A stretch of DNA of 59,691 nt from a virus (Duplodnaviria > Caudoviricetes): positions 1 to 59,691 of the IMG/VR virus record IMGVR_UViG_3300030330_003594; one strand, given 5' to 3'. Below, piece after piece: positions 1-11,200 of the stretch. Below the pieces are notes generated by a model. It saw only the letters and a program-made list of their open reading frames with translations, was not told the DNA's origin and made no database searches. How positions within the stretch are numbered: the first letter of the stretch is position 1; each line of letters starts with the position of its first letter. The position numbers were made by a program, and so were the translations under genes.

Positions 1-11
1 TCAAGTGGACG

Positions 12-260
12 ATGCGGTCCAGCACATCTTACAATCAATCAAAGATGGAGACATCTAAACTAAGCGAGTACTTCTATATAGCTTGCGATAGGATTCACCA
101 GGTCATTGACGACCTGTATGAATCTCTGCATGACGAGGAGGGTAAACCGCTTATCTCTGCCGACGATGTAGAGCATGCCATGGAGGGGATCAAAGCCTCC
201 GTCTATCAGGAGCTAGACTTGATTAAGTCCGTCATCGATGAGTACGAATCTGAGCAATAA
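12..260 (+). CDS. Hypothetical acidic phage protein (start may be 45)
   Basis: ORF overlaps the next + gene; helical acidic composition. Confidence 0.55.
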   Translation: MRSSTSYNQSKMETSKLSEYFYIACDRIHQVIDDLYESLHDEEGKPLISADDVEHAMEGIKASVYQELDLIKSVIDEYESEQ

Positions 261-747
261 GCGCAGAGCTTATAGCTCATCTACGGGTCGGATGGCCGAG
301 GTTAGATTTGTTAGGGCGGCTAGATCGAAGGGACTCCTTGTCACCAAGTCAACGCATACAGAGGACAGACACGAACACATCGACTACTGGCTGGCGGTGA
401 GCCCCAACGGGAAGCGGTGGGGCGTGGATGTCAAAGGCAACAATCTACCTGATGAGATCTGGGTAGAGTTCAAGAATGTAAGAGGTGATGCAGGTTGGCT
501 GTATGGGGGCGCTACCATCATAGCTTTTGACATACCAGAAGAAGGCGGGTTCTCGATCGTTGATCGCGAGGAGCTCGCCTTTTTTTGTGAGAAGCACGTA
601 AGAGATGAGGCGGTGTCCAACAAGAGGGATGCATACTTAAAAAAGTATACTCGCAAGGACAGGCAAGATGTAATAACAATACTTAAACTGCACGATATCA
701 AGTCTTTGCTGTCGTACAGAGTGTGGGAATACGATAAAAAGTATTGA
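238..747 (+). CDS. PD-(D/E)XK-family nuclease-like phage protein
   Basis: Motifs HIDYW...VDVKG and EIWVEFKNVRG..GWLYG fit a restriction-endonuclease-like fold. Confidence 0.65.
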   Translation: MSTNLSNKRRAYSSSTGRMAEVRFVRAARSKGLLVTKSTHTEDRHEHIDYWLAVSPNGKRWGVDVKGNNLPDEIWVEFKNVRGDAGWLYGGATIIAFDIPEEGGFSIVDREELAFFCEKHVRDEAVSNKRDAYLKKYTRKDRQDVITILKLHDIKSLLSYRVWEYDKKY

Positions 748-763
748 CTATCTTTATCGGTCC

Positions 764-970
764 ATGAAAACTAACAGGCACAAGAAGATCAAGATGAAAA
801 TCGACAAGCTCTTACAGCAGAATGCAAGCTACCAAGCTCAGCACACTTGTGTCAACAACACGCCTGAAGAAAAGAAAAGGATCAACGAGTACTGCGAGAA
901 GAACTTCATTGATCCTATCCGAGAGATCGACTGCCGAACCTACGACCTCGTAAAAAAACAGAGCGATTAA
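764..970 (+). CDS. Hypothetical protein
   Basis: 68-aa ORF preceded by TATCTTTA (749-756); converges on the thioredoxin-like gene. Confidence 0.55.
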   Translation: MKTNRHKKIKMKIDKLLQQNASYQAQHTCVNNTPEEKKRINEYCEKNFIDPIREIDCRTYDLVKKQSD

Positions 971-1332
971 AAGTCGCTCATCAGCACCTCGTCTACTGCC
1001 TCCTGCACATCATCTTGGCTGGCCTCTAGTGTCATCATGATGTTGGCTTGGAAGCGCTTGACTTCTTCCCCTTCGTTGAAGACTACGACAGTAGGGACGA
1101 CGACAATCTTGTGCTCAGTCTGCATCGATGGGTTAGATGCGATGTCAACACGAGATGTCTCGCAGTCGTTCAGGCTTTCGATCCAGGGCACGCTGTTGCC
1201 TGAGTTAAACGAAGCGTTAAACTCGACGACGCATACACCCGATCCGCATACTCCTTTATCCTCCGCAACGTCCACAGAGGTGGCCGCCCAGAAGAATGCA
1301 GAGAGCGCAAACAGGGTTAGTGTTGCTTTCAT
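967..1332 (-). CDS. Exported thioredoxin-fold protein lacking the CxxC site (allele A)
   Basis: Signal peptide; VVEFNASFN in place of F.A.WCxxC; RVDI...HKIVVVPTVVVFNEGEEVKRF matches the Trx C-terminal half with cis-Pro. Confidence 0.75.
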   Translation of the reverse strand: MKATLTLFALSAFFWAATSVDVAEDKGVCGSGVCVVEFNASFNSGNSVPWIESLNDCETSRVDIASNPSMQTEHKIVVVPTVVVFNEGEEVKRFQANIMMTLEASQDDVQEAVDEVLMSDF

Positions 1333-1335
1333 TGA

Positions 1336-1620
1336 TCATCTTAGTTGGTCTATCTTTTCTTCAATACGTTTGATATCCTCCTTCATCTCGGTGATATCTT
1401 CTTGTGTACTCATGATTGTTTGACGGACAAGCTGGTCCTTCATGTCGAACTCCATGCGCGTAATGTCTGGGTCGGGCGGTATGGGCAACTCCTTTGCCTC
1501 TGCGATGTCTGCCTGCAGGGCGAACCACATGGCTACGATTGTGCCAATCCCCGCCGCCAGCATGCCTATTGTCTTTAGGTCTAGCGTAATCTTAGTGTCC
1601 TCCCCAATCTGCTGAGCCAT
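1336..1620 (-). CDS. Single-pass membrane protein with C-terminal coiled coil (allele A)
   Basis: Hydrophobic IGMLAAGIGTIVAMWFAL, Pro-rich hinge, heptad tail; 84/94 residues identical to 57721-58005. Confidence 0.75.
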   Translation of the reverse strand: MAQQIGEDTKITLDLKTIGMLAAGIGTIVAMWFALQADIAEAKELPIPPDPDITRMEFDMKDQLVRQTIMSTQEDITEMKEDIKRIEEKIDQLR

Positions 1621-1621
1621 A

Positions 1622-2656
1622 TCAAATAATTACATAGTTGATTCCCAGGGAGAAGTCATGCCACGATCTATCCCAGTACTTGTGGTACTTACCCTCTGCG
1701 AACACTCCAAAGCTTTTGTTAAATCTTTTACCAAAGATAAGGCCGCCAGAGTAATCAAGCCACTGACCACTGTTAACAAACCTATGATAGGAGTACTCTC
1801 CGTCCGTGTCTAGGTGATAGGGGATCAGGTTACCCCAGCTGTGTAGCCAGAAGTTCTTGGTGAAGTGGTAGTAGTCAAACCCAACTACCACAGAATGAAC
1901 CCATTGGTTGTCCAGTTCACCACGCTTCTTGTCTACGTAATCTTCGAGAGCCTGAGGGATTACCACCTCCTCCCACACTTCGTAGCTGCTGGCTACGAGT
2001 GTCCCGTCGGGGCTGAAGAACTCCCCTGTGTTTACGTCAATGCTGTACCCCTCTTGCAGAGCGAGCGAAGTGAAGTGAAGCTGGTTGTTGTCAAGCAACC
2101 ACTCGTTCAGTGGGTCGTATCCGTATGGCTCTGACAACCGTTGCATGATGCCTGCATTGAGGGACAGCTTGCCAATCTTGGCCCTTACCCTTTGTGATGC
2201 CTCGAAGTACCTGACGTCTGCGAATCCATCTTGCAGGAACTCTACCTTAGTGATCCACCTGTCCGCCACGTATCTCAGGAAGTAGTCCTGATCTAGATAG
2301 TTGACGCCCTGCTGCCTCCTGTAGTCTCCCTCGAATAGGAACTCAAAGCCGCTCACCTTTCCGATGGTGGCGGCGTCACCGTATGACTTCTCTGTCCCGT
2401 TGTAGAATGTGTTGGCTCTGTTCTCGTATCCGAAGCGTGCGATCTTGCGGACGCCAGCAGTAAGAGAGTAGTCGAACGGAGTCTCGATCACATCAGTCTG
2501 CAATCCATTGGCTACAGAGAACACCTCTCTATCTGACAAGGAGTTGCCTCCGCTGAAGGCGGTGTAGAACGTAGCAAACTTGAGTGCCTTCTTGATTCCC
2601 TGGCCTGACGCATCAAGGCTGATCAGCAGGGTCAATATGGTTGCGATGTATCTCAT
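1622..2656 (-). CDS. Exported, probable outer-membrane beta-barrel-like protein (allele A)
   Basis: Signal peptide ending ASG|Q; aromatic-rich alternating strands; terminal strand FSLGINYVII. Confidence 0.65.
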   Translation of the reverse strand: MRYIATILTLLISLDASGQGIKKALKFATFYTAFSGGNSLSDREVFSVANGLQTDVIETPFDYSLTAGVRKIARFGYENRANTFYNGTEKSYGDAATIGKVSGFEFLFEGDYRRQQGVNYLDQDYFLRYVADRWITKVEFLQDGFADVRYFEASQRVRAKIGKLSLNAGIMQRLSEPYGYDPLNEWLLDNNQLHFTSLALQEGYSIDVNTGEFFSPDGTLVASSYEVWEEVVIPQALEDYVDKKRGELDNQWVHSVVVGFDYYHFTKNFWLHSWGNLIPYHLDTDGEYSYHRFVNSGQWLDYSGGLIFGKRFNKSFGVFAEGKYHKYWDRSWHDFSLGINYVII

Positions 2657-4794
2657 TGCTTGACGATTCTTTCTACCACGATTCTTCCCTTGTAGTTGAT
2701 GACAACCTCATACAGCCCATTAGGAAGCGATCTGAGGTCGATCTCTCTGTCGCCAGTACAAGATACCACAAGCTGTCCAGAGTGGCTGTAAACGTCTGCA
2801 AATGCTCCGACTGGTCCCTGGAAGTTGATTACTCCAGATGTCGGGTTCGGGTACAGGTGGATCAAACCCATCGCCACGTCCTCTACACTGGTCACGCCTT
2901 GGCTGCAGTACTCGTACATCTCAATGCACACGGCATCCCATCCAACCTCACAGCAGTAGGGGTCAACCTCGATCACCCATGAGTAGCAGTAATCATTGGC
3001 CCAGTATGGTTCCCCTGGGCCAGTGATACATCCAGCATCATATAGGCACTCCTCGTTGGCGGGTACGTTGGCGTACACGTTGTAGTTAGCTGCGTCAGGG
3101 TCCATGCAGCCAGGCATAGGCAACTCACAGCTCCCGTTGTTGGTGTTGGCCATTGGGTCGTAGTTCAACGCCTCGGGGATCGTGCATCCGTAGATGAACG
3201 GGATGCAGCTATTGTTCTCTGTGTTGGCCAGCTCATTATAGTTGAACATGGTAGGGTCAGTGCATCCAAACACAACCTCCTCGCACTCTGCTGGATCGGT
3301 AGCCGCCTCGTTGTAGTTGTAGGCTGTTGGGTCTTGACATCCGACCACCTCTAGCTCATCACACACTCCGTCTCCATCCGTGTCGTTGATGCACTCGTTG
3401 TCGCACCCGTAGTATTCGATAGGGAACGTGCAGTCCCCGTCTACGTTTGCCTCTGGGTTGTAGTTGCAGGCGAAGCTAAGAGTACATCCCTCGATACCAG
3501 GCACACAGAAGTCTCCGCATACTGGGATGCCGCTGTACTTGAATGGGAACTTCTTGATGGCGTCAGACCACGGGTTGGTACCCCCTTCCATGAACACACC
3601 GTTTGGTCCGTCGAAGTAAAATCCACACTGAGAGGCTGTTGTTTCGGCGTTGCCCTGCGTGAAGAACATGACGTTCACACCCTCGCCAGAGTAAAGCGGA
3701 ATCTGAATCTCTTTCTCAAACCCGTCGTTGGGGTGCATGGTGATCGGCCCCCAGATCTCGTCACCCTGCTGCACTCCGATCCAGCTACCGAACCAACCGT
3801 CACCTGCGCCGTCTGTAAGTGTCAGAGTGAACTCACAGTTGTCTTCTGTCTCTAGCGTGTTAGCATCTTCGTTGAAGTTAATGGCACCTGGATCTGTACA
3901 GCCCAGGATCACCTCTGTCTGGCAACTGCCATCGTCGATCACGGCACTGGGGTCATACTCTGTAAACCATGAGTCGGTACACCCCTGAGGGATCGGAGGA
4001 AAGCACGGGTCTACAACGATGATATCGCTACCAATGCTCTCGTATTGAGTGGTGTCACCAACGTAGTACAGCTCATCTCCGCACAGGTTAGACACGAACA
4101 GGTTGCCATCGACGCCACCGTAGCAGCTACCGCACATGCCGTCGCCAAAGGCGTCGTATACGTTGACCTTGAACTCTGATCCGATGGGCAGGCATACAGC
4201 TTCTACAACAGGGGCCCCTACAATAGAATAGCCTGACCCCTCTGCAACTATCTCACCATCTGGGAATGTCATTAAGTCCCAACTGATTTCTGATGCGTAA
4301 GTGTCAGGCGTTACTGTGACAAGAACATTGCTGTATCCTTCTTCACATTGTGCGGGGGGAAAGTCGCATGGGGCCGGGGCGTTGGCCCAAGGGTGGTAGT
4401 TGATAGCACCCGCCTGCATACATCCAAAGATTGGAGGAGGGCACGACAATACCTCAAAGGGAATCGTTTGTTCTGAGGTGCTGAAGTCGTATACTGTAGT
4501 GTCTAGGACGCAGGTGTTGACAGAAAACCAGCCCTCACCAAAACCACAGCAGATGCCGTCGCCGAAAGAGTCGTAGATAGTAAAGGTATAATTACCTACA
4601 GGCAGGGGAAGAAAGGCTTCAACATAGGGATACTCTCCCTGCAATGGAGCCGACCCAGCAACGATAGCATCGCTAGAGTCTCTTACCAGCCACGTTGTCT
4701 CTCCACCGTATGCGTCTCCTTGTATGGAGATAGAAACCCAGCCTGTCTGCGCTGTTGCAAACAGCGGGAACAAAAGGAGAGGTAGAAATCTCAT
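2653..4794 (-). CDS. Cys/Asp-rich secreted protein with type IX secretion (type A) C-terminal sorting domain
   Basis: Start reassigned to MRFLPLLLFPLFATA|Q (ATGA overlap with amidase stop); three D(S/A/G)xGDG modules; GCTDxxAxNY repeats; DTDGDGVCD; CTD LYPNPTSG...SGQLV...LPNGLY...ERIVKQ. Confidence 0.85.
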   Translation of the reverse strand: MRFLPLLLFPLFATAQTGWVSISIQGDAYGGETTWLVRDSSDAIVAGSAPLQGEYPYVEAFLPLPVGNYTFTIYDSFGDGICCGFGEGWFSVNTCVLDTTVYDFSTSEQTIPFEVLSCPPPIFGCMQAGAINYHPWANAPAPCDFPPAQCEEGYSNVLVTVTPDTYASEISWDLMTFPDGEIVAEGSGYSIVGAPVVEAVCLPIGSEFKVNVYDAFGDGMCGSCYGGVDGNLFVSNLCGDELYYVGDTTQYESIGSDIIVVDPCFPPIPQGCTDSWFTEYDPSAVIDDGSCQTEVILGCTDPGAINFNEDANTLETEDNCEFTLTLTDGAGDGWFGSWIGVQQGDEIWGPITMHPNDGFEKEIQIPLYSGEGVNVMFFTQGNAETTASQCGFYFDGPNGVFMEGGTNPWSDAIKKFPFKYSGIPVCGDFCVPGIEGCTLSFACNYNPEANVDGDCTFPIEYYGCDNECINDTDGDGVCDELEVVGCQDPTAYNYNEAATDPAECEEVVFGCTDPTMFNYNELANTENNSCIPFIYGCTIPEALNYDPMANTNNGSCELPMPGCMDPDAANYNVYANVPANEECLYDAGCITGPGEPYWANDYCYSWVIEVDPYCCEVGWDAVCIEMYEYCSQGVTSVEDVAMGLIHLYPNPTSGVINFQGPVGAFADVYSHSGQLVVSCTGDREIDLRSLPNGLYEVVINYKGRIVVERIVKQ

Positions 4795-5210
4795 GAGTCG
4801 AGGTGTGAAAACTTTTCTTGAACGACGAAGCTTGGGCAAGCTTTGTTGGAGTATTCGTTGTGACCGTGGATGGTGATGTCTTTTCCAAAAAGACATCTCA
4901 CACCGTTGACGATTTCTTCAAAAGCGCAAGCCTGATCCTCAGTCATTGTATCTTTCGGAAGCATGCCCTCATCACATCCTCCGATGTAGCATACACCAAC
5001 CGTCGTTTTGTTGTGCCCCTTGACGTGAGCACCTGCCTTGTCGATGGGTCGTCCCAGCTCCACACTACCGTCAAGCCTGATGACGTAGTGGTATCCGATG
5101 TCAGCCCAGCCGTTTCCGTTGACGTGCCAATCACGGATTGTTTCCACGCTGTAGTCTTTGCCCTCGGGTGTAGCCGAGCAGTGCAATACAATTCTGTCAA
5201 TGTTTCTCAT
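4791..5210 (-). CDS. N-acetylmuramoyl-L-alanine amidase endolysin (T7 lysozyme/Amidase_2 type)
   Basis: Zn-amidase motifs IVLHCSAT, DIGYHYVI, GAHVKGHN, HGHNEYSNKACPSF. Confidence 0.93.
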   Translation of the reverse strand: MRNIDRIVLHCSATPEGKDYSVETIRDWHVNGNGWADIGYHYVIRLDGSVELGRPIDKAGAHVKGHNKTTVGVCYIGGCDEGMLPKDTMTEDQACAFEEIVNGVRCLFGKDITIHGHNEYSNKACPSFVVQEKFSHLDS

Positions 5211-8200
5211 GGTGTAGCAAATGCTTTTTCTGTTAGAATAGATTCAAGACCTGCCTCAGATTTTATACCTAAGTAGAAGAAAGCAAAATTAAAGTATGCA
5301 TTGTACTCTTCCTCAGTCATCTCCCTCTCTTTTGCCTTGAGAACAGAAGCGATTTTCTTAGAGCTTTCTTTGGACAATCTACGCATTTCGTTCGCATGCT
5401 TGCTGTACTGCTCAGGCATTATGTTTTGCAGCAGCTTTTCAGCAACAGCGGGCTTCAAAGCAGACTTGAATTTTGATGCGCTGATGTTTTTATCTAAGGT
5501 GGTCAAGTCGCTCTCTGCTTGCATCTTCAAGATGCGCATGAGTTTGTCAATACCGATCTCTTCACCAGCTTCAAGGTAAGCTTGAAGCTCTGGGTCTTCA
5601 CTGAAAGCTTGTGTCACAAACTCGTATGCCGCAGCTTCCTCCTCGCTCGTCAGAGATCTGTTCATAGGCATGTCGTCCATAGCCTTGGCAAAGTATTCCA
5701 ACTCTTTGACACCCAAGCCCACAAGGTTGGCGCCGTGTAGTGTTGCCCTCAAGACCGTGCTGATCTGCATGTGCTCTTGATCTTCAGGCCGCACAAATCT
5801 TTCACTTCCAGAACTAGTCGTATACGACTTGCCATCTCTGTTTAGTCGATCAATAGCAGTGGTAATATCTCTGAACTTCTGTCCCGCCGGGCCAGTCAAC
5901 CCAAGCAAACTATACAAGGCTCTAGCCCCTGGCTCTTTTTCATTTTGCGCCATGTCCGCATAGCTATCTCCATACGTTGGGACAGCACCACCGTACTTTT
6001 TGAACAAAGCAAACTTGTCTTCTTTTTCAAGGCCAGGAATGTCATAGTCCGCTTCGTTGAAGAAAACGTAATAGTTGAAAGCATCTCGAACGTTGTCGTC
6101 TACCATACCGATAGATGGAACGGGAAGAGCGTCAACCACAGCACCCACACCAGCCTCCTTGATGGCCTGTGCAGGATCAAACTCCTTTTCTTCGTCATCA
6201 TCATCACCCATCACTTGTTTGACAATCTCGTTAAAGAGTGCCCGGGTCATTTGAGATGCCAGGTGAAAGGCAAACAAGGACGACATCGTTGCAGCAAAAC
6301 CTTTGGCTCCATCCTTTCGTGCTTGCAGATCCTCTCCCATCAGGAGTCTCCCCACGTCTGCTGTGAGCGATCTTTTCGTGTTGATGGCAAAACTTTGGAA
6401 CGGGAAGAACGCTTGCATCAAGCTTCGACCAGCACCACCAGCTTTTTTGTAAATCGCCGCTGCCATTCGAGCACTTGAGGTGTTCTGATCTTTCTCAAGC
6501 ATGTTGTCGGCATACGCCAAGGCTTCCGGATTTGCATTAGCAGCTTCGCTTGTCCAATCGATATCAGATGCGCTCGTCACAATGCCCTGTTCAATCAAGA
6601 AGTCTGCATAGTAAGCAAAGAAAGAAGCAACAGCAACTGCCTTATCCGTTGTAGTCAAAGCCCACAAAGACTTGTTTGTGAACATGTCTCTCAAGCGTCG
6701 GAATCTAGACCTGTCAAAGTTTGTGTTACCCTGAAACGGGTCGATGTTTCCCGCACGGTAGTCTCTCAAAAATGCCGCACTTCTTTTGAGCAACTCGAAC
6801 TTGTCTCCAGGAAGCTTGACAGTAGGATCGCTCAAGACCCTACGCTTGCCCTCAATGTCTGTTCCAACGAACGTCAATGCAAGGATGCTCGTTGACTCCT
6901 GAATGAAATACATCATGGAGCTGATGCTCCGCATATTCATGAATGTCGCCAAGCCGACGGTGCCCTGTTTGACAACCTGAACAAAAATCGATCCGAACGC
7001 ACCAACAACCGCCGCAGCACGCAAGGATTCGATGGGGTTCAACAATGTCTTATCGCCAACCCGCACACGACTGCTGAAGATGAACGGTTCGCTTTGCGTT
7101 TCAACTTGCAAGAAATCCCTGACGTACTGCTTAAGCTGACCAGCAGCTTCGTCTTTTACCAAGTTGCCAAACGCTTCAGTGCCAAACGCATACTCCATCG
7201 CAAGGATGTCCCCCAAAGCTGTAGTGATCAATGCATTCTCTCTCAGGGTGTTGTGATTGATGTCGATGAAATTTAATCCCAAGATGGCATCACCACCGAC
7301 GGCTCTTTGCTCTCTTTCGAAAGTTGCGCCTGGAGTTTTCTGTACTCCGCCTCTTGATGAGGCTTGCATCCTGCTAACCAGTGCATTGCGCAAGGCCATA
7401 ACAGATTCTACATCCTCATCTTTAGAGGTTTTCCTAATCTGGAATGGCGTGTAGTTGTCAAGGACGCTAAGCTCTTTACCAAGAAATCTTTCTGCAAAGA
7501 TTTCCAAGTCGGGCCTCGCTCGTTCGTGCAGATCGACCATGAAGTCCACCATCTCTACAACCTCAGGGCGCCCTGTCTGCACACGGTTTTGCAACGCCTC
7601 TAGCGTTGCTTCTCCTGTAAACAAGAAGTCAAAAGCTTCTTTGAACTGGTCGATCGTTTCCTGAACAGCACTTTCATTTTGCTCTATGTCCTCGATCGTA
7701 GCCTGCATAGAATCACGCAAGGCTTTATACCATGCCGCTTTCTTTTCTGCAAGACGCTGCTCAAACTCCTCTTGCGTCCGAGAAGCAGCACGAGCCTCTT
7801 CAACAAACTCTTTTGGCATCTGACGAGACATGCTGTATATCTGCGACAGTGCTTGACTCAGCTTCGATGTAATATCTGTTTTGCCCTTCAGAGAAAACTT
7901 CTTGTTGATCTCGTCAATCTTGTCTTGCAATCCTCTGGCAGTTTCCAAGTGCCTTTGTTCAAAAGCATTGATGGCCATGATTACGTCTTGCAATCCGATG
8001 GCGACCTTGATTCGAGCAATGTCTCTGTTGCTCACACGGAAAAGATTCCTGAGCAGACTAGACAAGTTATCCAACACACCAAGAACGGCTGTTCGCTTTG
8101 ACGAAATACCTCTGTCTGTCAGTTCCGTGATTTTGTCGGCATAGTTGATGCGCCCCTTGGTGAGTGCCGCCAAGTATCCGAGTCCAAATGTTCTGCCATT

Positions 8201-11200
8201 GACGAGGTAGTCGTTGAGCTTAAACTCGATCGCCAAGAGGTGGTGCTTCTCAAGTTTGTCTAATCTTTTACGAATTTTGTTAAACACCTCATCATCTTCG
8301 ATGTTGGCGTTTTGAGGCAAGCCCAGGATCAAGCGGAACCCTGGGTCAGCAAGGATAGCCTCGGCATTGAAAAGCAACAGAGGCATAATGCCTTCATCAA
8401 TGATCAAAGATTTCTTTAGATCAACCAGCGCCTTCTCCTCTTTGGCAAGCTCCAAGTAGATAGTCTCCAGATCGTCCACTTGAGCTGGATCAAGGCCCAG
8501 CTTCTCTGCCATCTTGTTGACCCTTTTCTGCGTGGCACTAAGCCTGCTCTCGAAGAACTTCTTCAAGATAGCTTCGTACTCTGCTTCAAACGTGGTTTCT
8601 TCACCCCTCAAAAGCTTACGCTCTACGGCTCTCTCAGCCCTAGCCCGAAGCTCCGCCTGCTGCTGTGCTTGCTCGATTGCTTTGAATGCATCGAGCTGCG
8701 CTTGTAATCCTTTTACCTCATTCAACTGAGTGGCGTTGAACACAAGATTGCCCTCCTCATCCTTGGCAAACCGTCCACGGCGCATGTTGTTGTTGACCGT
8801 GTTGAGCAAATCCATGAACGCCTCAAGCTCGTGGAGAGGAATCAAGGACGCCTTGATGCGAGACAAGGCTGCTGCAAGATCAGCGTATGTCGTGAAGTCT
8901 CGTTGCTTCGACTTACGCTTCAACGTGCTTTGCAACCTACGAATGAGCTGCAAGTTTTTAAGGTGCCTCTCCATAGCACCCTTAGCATCTTGCTCATCAA
9001 AGATGGCAGCGAGCTTGTCTAAGTGAGCATCGATGTACTCTAACTCGTTGCCCTTCAGCTTCTTAGCCGACGAACGAGACAACTGAGACATGACCTTGAA
9101 GAACTCTGTCAGTTGCTTTACAGTGAAGACTTTGGATGCGCCCTTGTCCTTGGCCATCCGATCTTTGATCAGCTTGCGGGCCTCACGGATGAACTGCTGC
9201 ACCGTAGACACTTTGTTTTTCAAAGCGTCCAGCTCTTCTCTCAGCTTCTTTGCCTCGTTAGAAAGCTTGTTCTTTTCTCTTCTAATCTTAGAGACAACCT
9301 TACCCTGCTCCGTGCGTCCGACTCTGCGGCCCCGAGCAAACTGCACTGCCTTCTTGTAGGTTTCCTCAGCATCCTTTTTGCTCATGCCAGAATCCTCTAG
9401 CACCTTCAAGACTTCCTCCTTCTTGGGCTTGAACAGTCGGATTTGATCGCTCTTTTCTAGAACGAGCTTTTTCTTTTTACCTCGGCCCACCTGCTTCAGG
9501 GTGAACCCTGGCTCCGTCATGATATCTGCGACGGTGCTCACAATTCCCTGGCGCTTCGTGACAGACTCAACCGTGGTGTCTGCATCGGACAAAGACTCAA
9601 TGCTGTTGCGGATCAGATCAATCTGGCCCTCAGAAAACACCCCGCCTACATCACCAGCAATCGTTTTGATCAGGGCTGGCTTGGAAAGAGCTGCGATATC
9701 TGCGCCCGCCTTGGCCAGTTGCTGTACAATTTCTGTCGGCACGATGTCCACGACATTGAACAGAGAGGTAGGTGTACCTACAAACTTGCCCAGGATAGAG
9801 TGTTGATAGGTGTCGTGAACGTCAGAGTCCTCTTGGATACCCGTCGGCTCCAACACCCCTACGATGTCACCCGTTTGCGCATCAATCTGGGCAAGGTATT
9901 CGTCTCTAAGGAGTTGGTTGAAGACGTCTTGCTTCGGCACGCCAAGCTCGTCGTGCAAGAATCTATGGAACTCCAGGGATGGCTTGACGCCCATCCCTTG
10001 GTGGAGCATGTTTTGCACAAATGTCTTGCGTGATGGGTGATCGACCACGTCTTTGCCTCGGCTGTTCAGGGCCTTCAGCACGCCCATCCACTTCTTTGTT
10101 TCTGTCTTGTCTTTCAAAAGAGAGTTTGTGATTTGCACAAACTCATCAAACGACCCCTCTACAATCTCGACCCCACCAAAGGTTTTGCCGATGTTTCTTT
10201 TCATCCCAGCTTCGATCTCCTGGATCAACACCTTGGACGTACCCTTAGAGAAGTTGTGTGCCGACTTGGGTGAGCCAGACATCAGGAAGATGTAGTCAGC
10301 TCGACCGACCCTGTCATTCAACGTCTTGGGAGACAAGCCTGAAGCCCAGACCACATCATTGTCTTGGTTTTGCTGGTCGGTACTAAATCCGATGCCCCCC
10401 AAAACCTGTGCCTCAACGCCTGTATCAGGGTTGCTATATGTGCCTCTCTTCAACTGGTCAGCCATCCACACCCACACGACAGGGTTGCGATTGTTTTCAG
10501 CCTTGAAGTCAGACAACAGCTTGCCAATATCTACCCTCGGCTGGTTGGCCATGTAGGTTCCTGCCACATTGATGGCTTGCTTCTTGGCCTGGACTTGGGC
10601 GGGATCAACAGGAAGCCCCTCTTCAGTGACAGATTCTTGCGAGTCCAACCCCGGCTGCACACTGTTGCCGTCCTCATCTACCTGTGCCTCTAAAATTTGA
10701 GCACGAACTTCACGATCGTCCAGCGTTGCATCATCCTCCTCTTCATCGATGGCTGTTGGGCCCTCTTGCAGTCTCAGGCCAGCTTCGATAATGGCTTCGG
10801 TGTCGGCCACGGCCTCACCCCTAGCCATCGTTTGCGTAGCGGCGTCGATGGCGTCAACAACGGCTTTGAGCTTTGGGTCTTTGAAAGAAGTGCCAAAGGT
10901 GCGAGACACAAACTCCTTGAGCCCTGAGATCAAGCCCGCCTTGAACTCAATGCTCAACGTTCCTGATGTAATCAACGACTTGATCTCTGTCAACAGCTCG
11001 TCTGCCGCAGTATCGTTCTCCGAAACGACTTGCATCAAAAGCTTTCTCTGCATAGCAGGGTCTGCCTCAGCCAAAGCAAGGACGGATCGTTGCTCTTCAG
11101 GCAGGTATGCCGCAATAAATCTCGAGAAGACCTCGATGTTTGGAATCAGACGTGCCAACGTTGCGGCAAGACGTCTGGTGCCTGCCTTGGTATCTTCTTG

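Larger units (their letters stand above)
967..3315. repeat. Diverged copy A of the four-gene envelope cassette (homologous to 57352-59691)
   Basis: Same gene order; same lengths for three genes (121, 94, 344 aa); mostly synonymous differences; exact 77-nt match at 3239-3315. Confidence 0.97.

Noticed and set aside
4795-4896. N-terminal extension of the 747-aa ORF
   Set aside because: It overlaps the amidase; the signal peptide begins at Met 4794, coupled to the amidase stop
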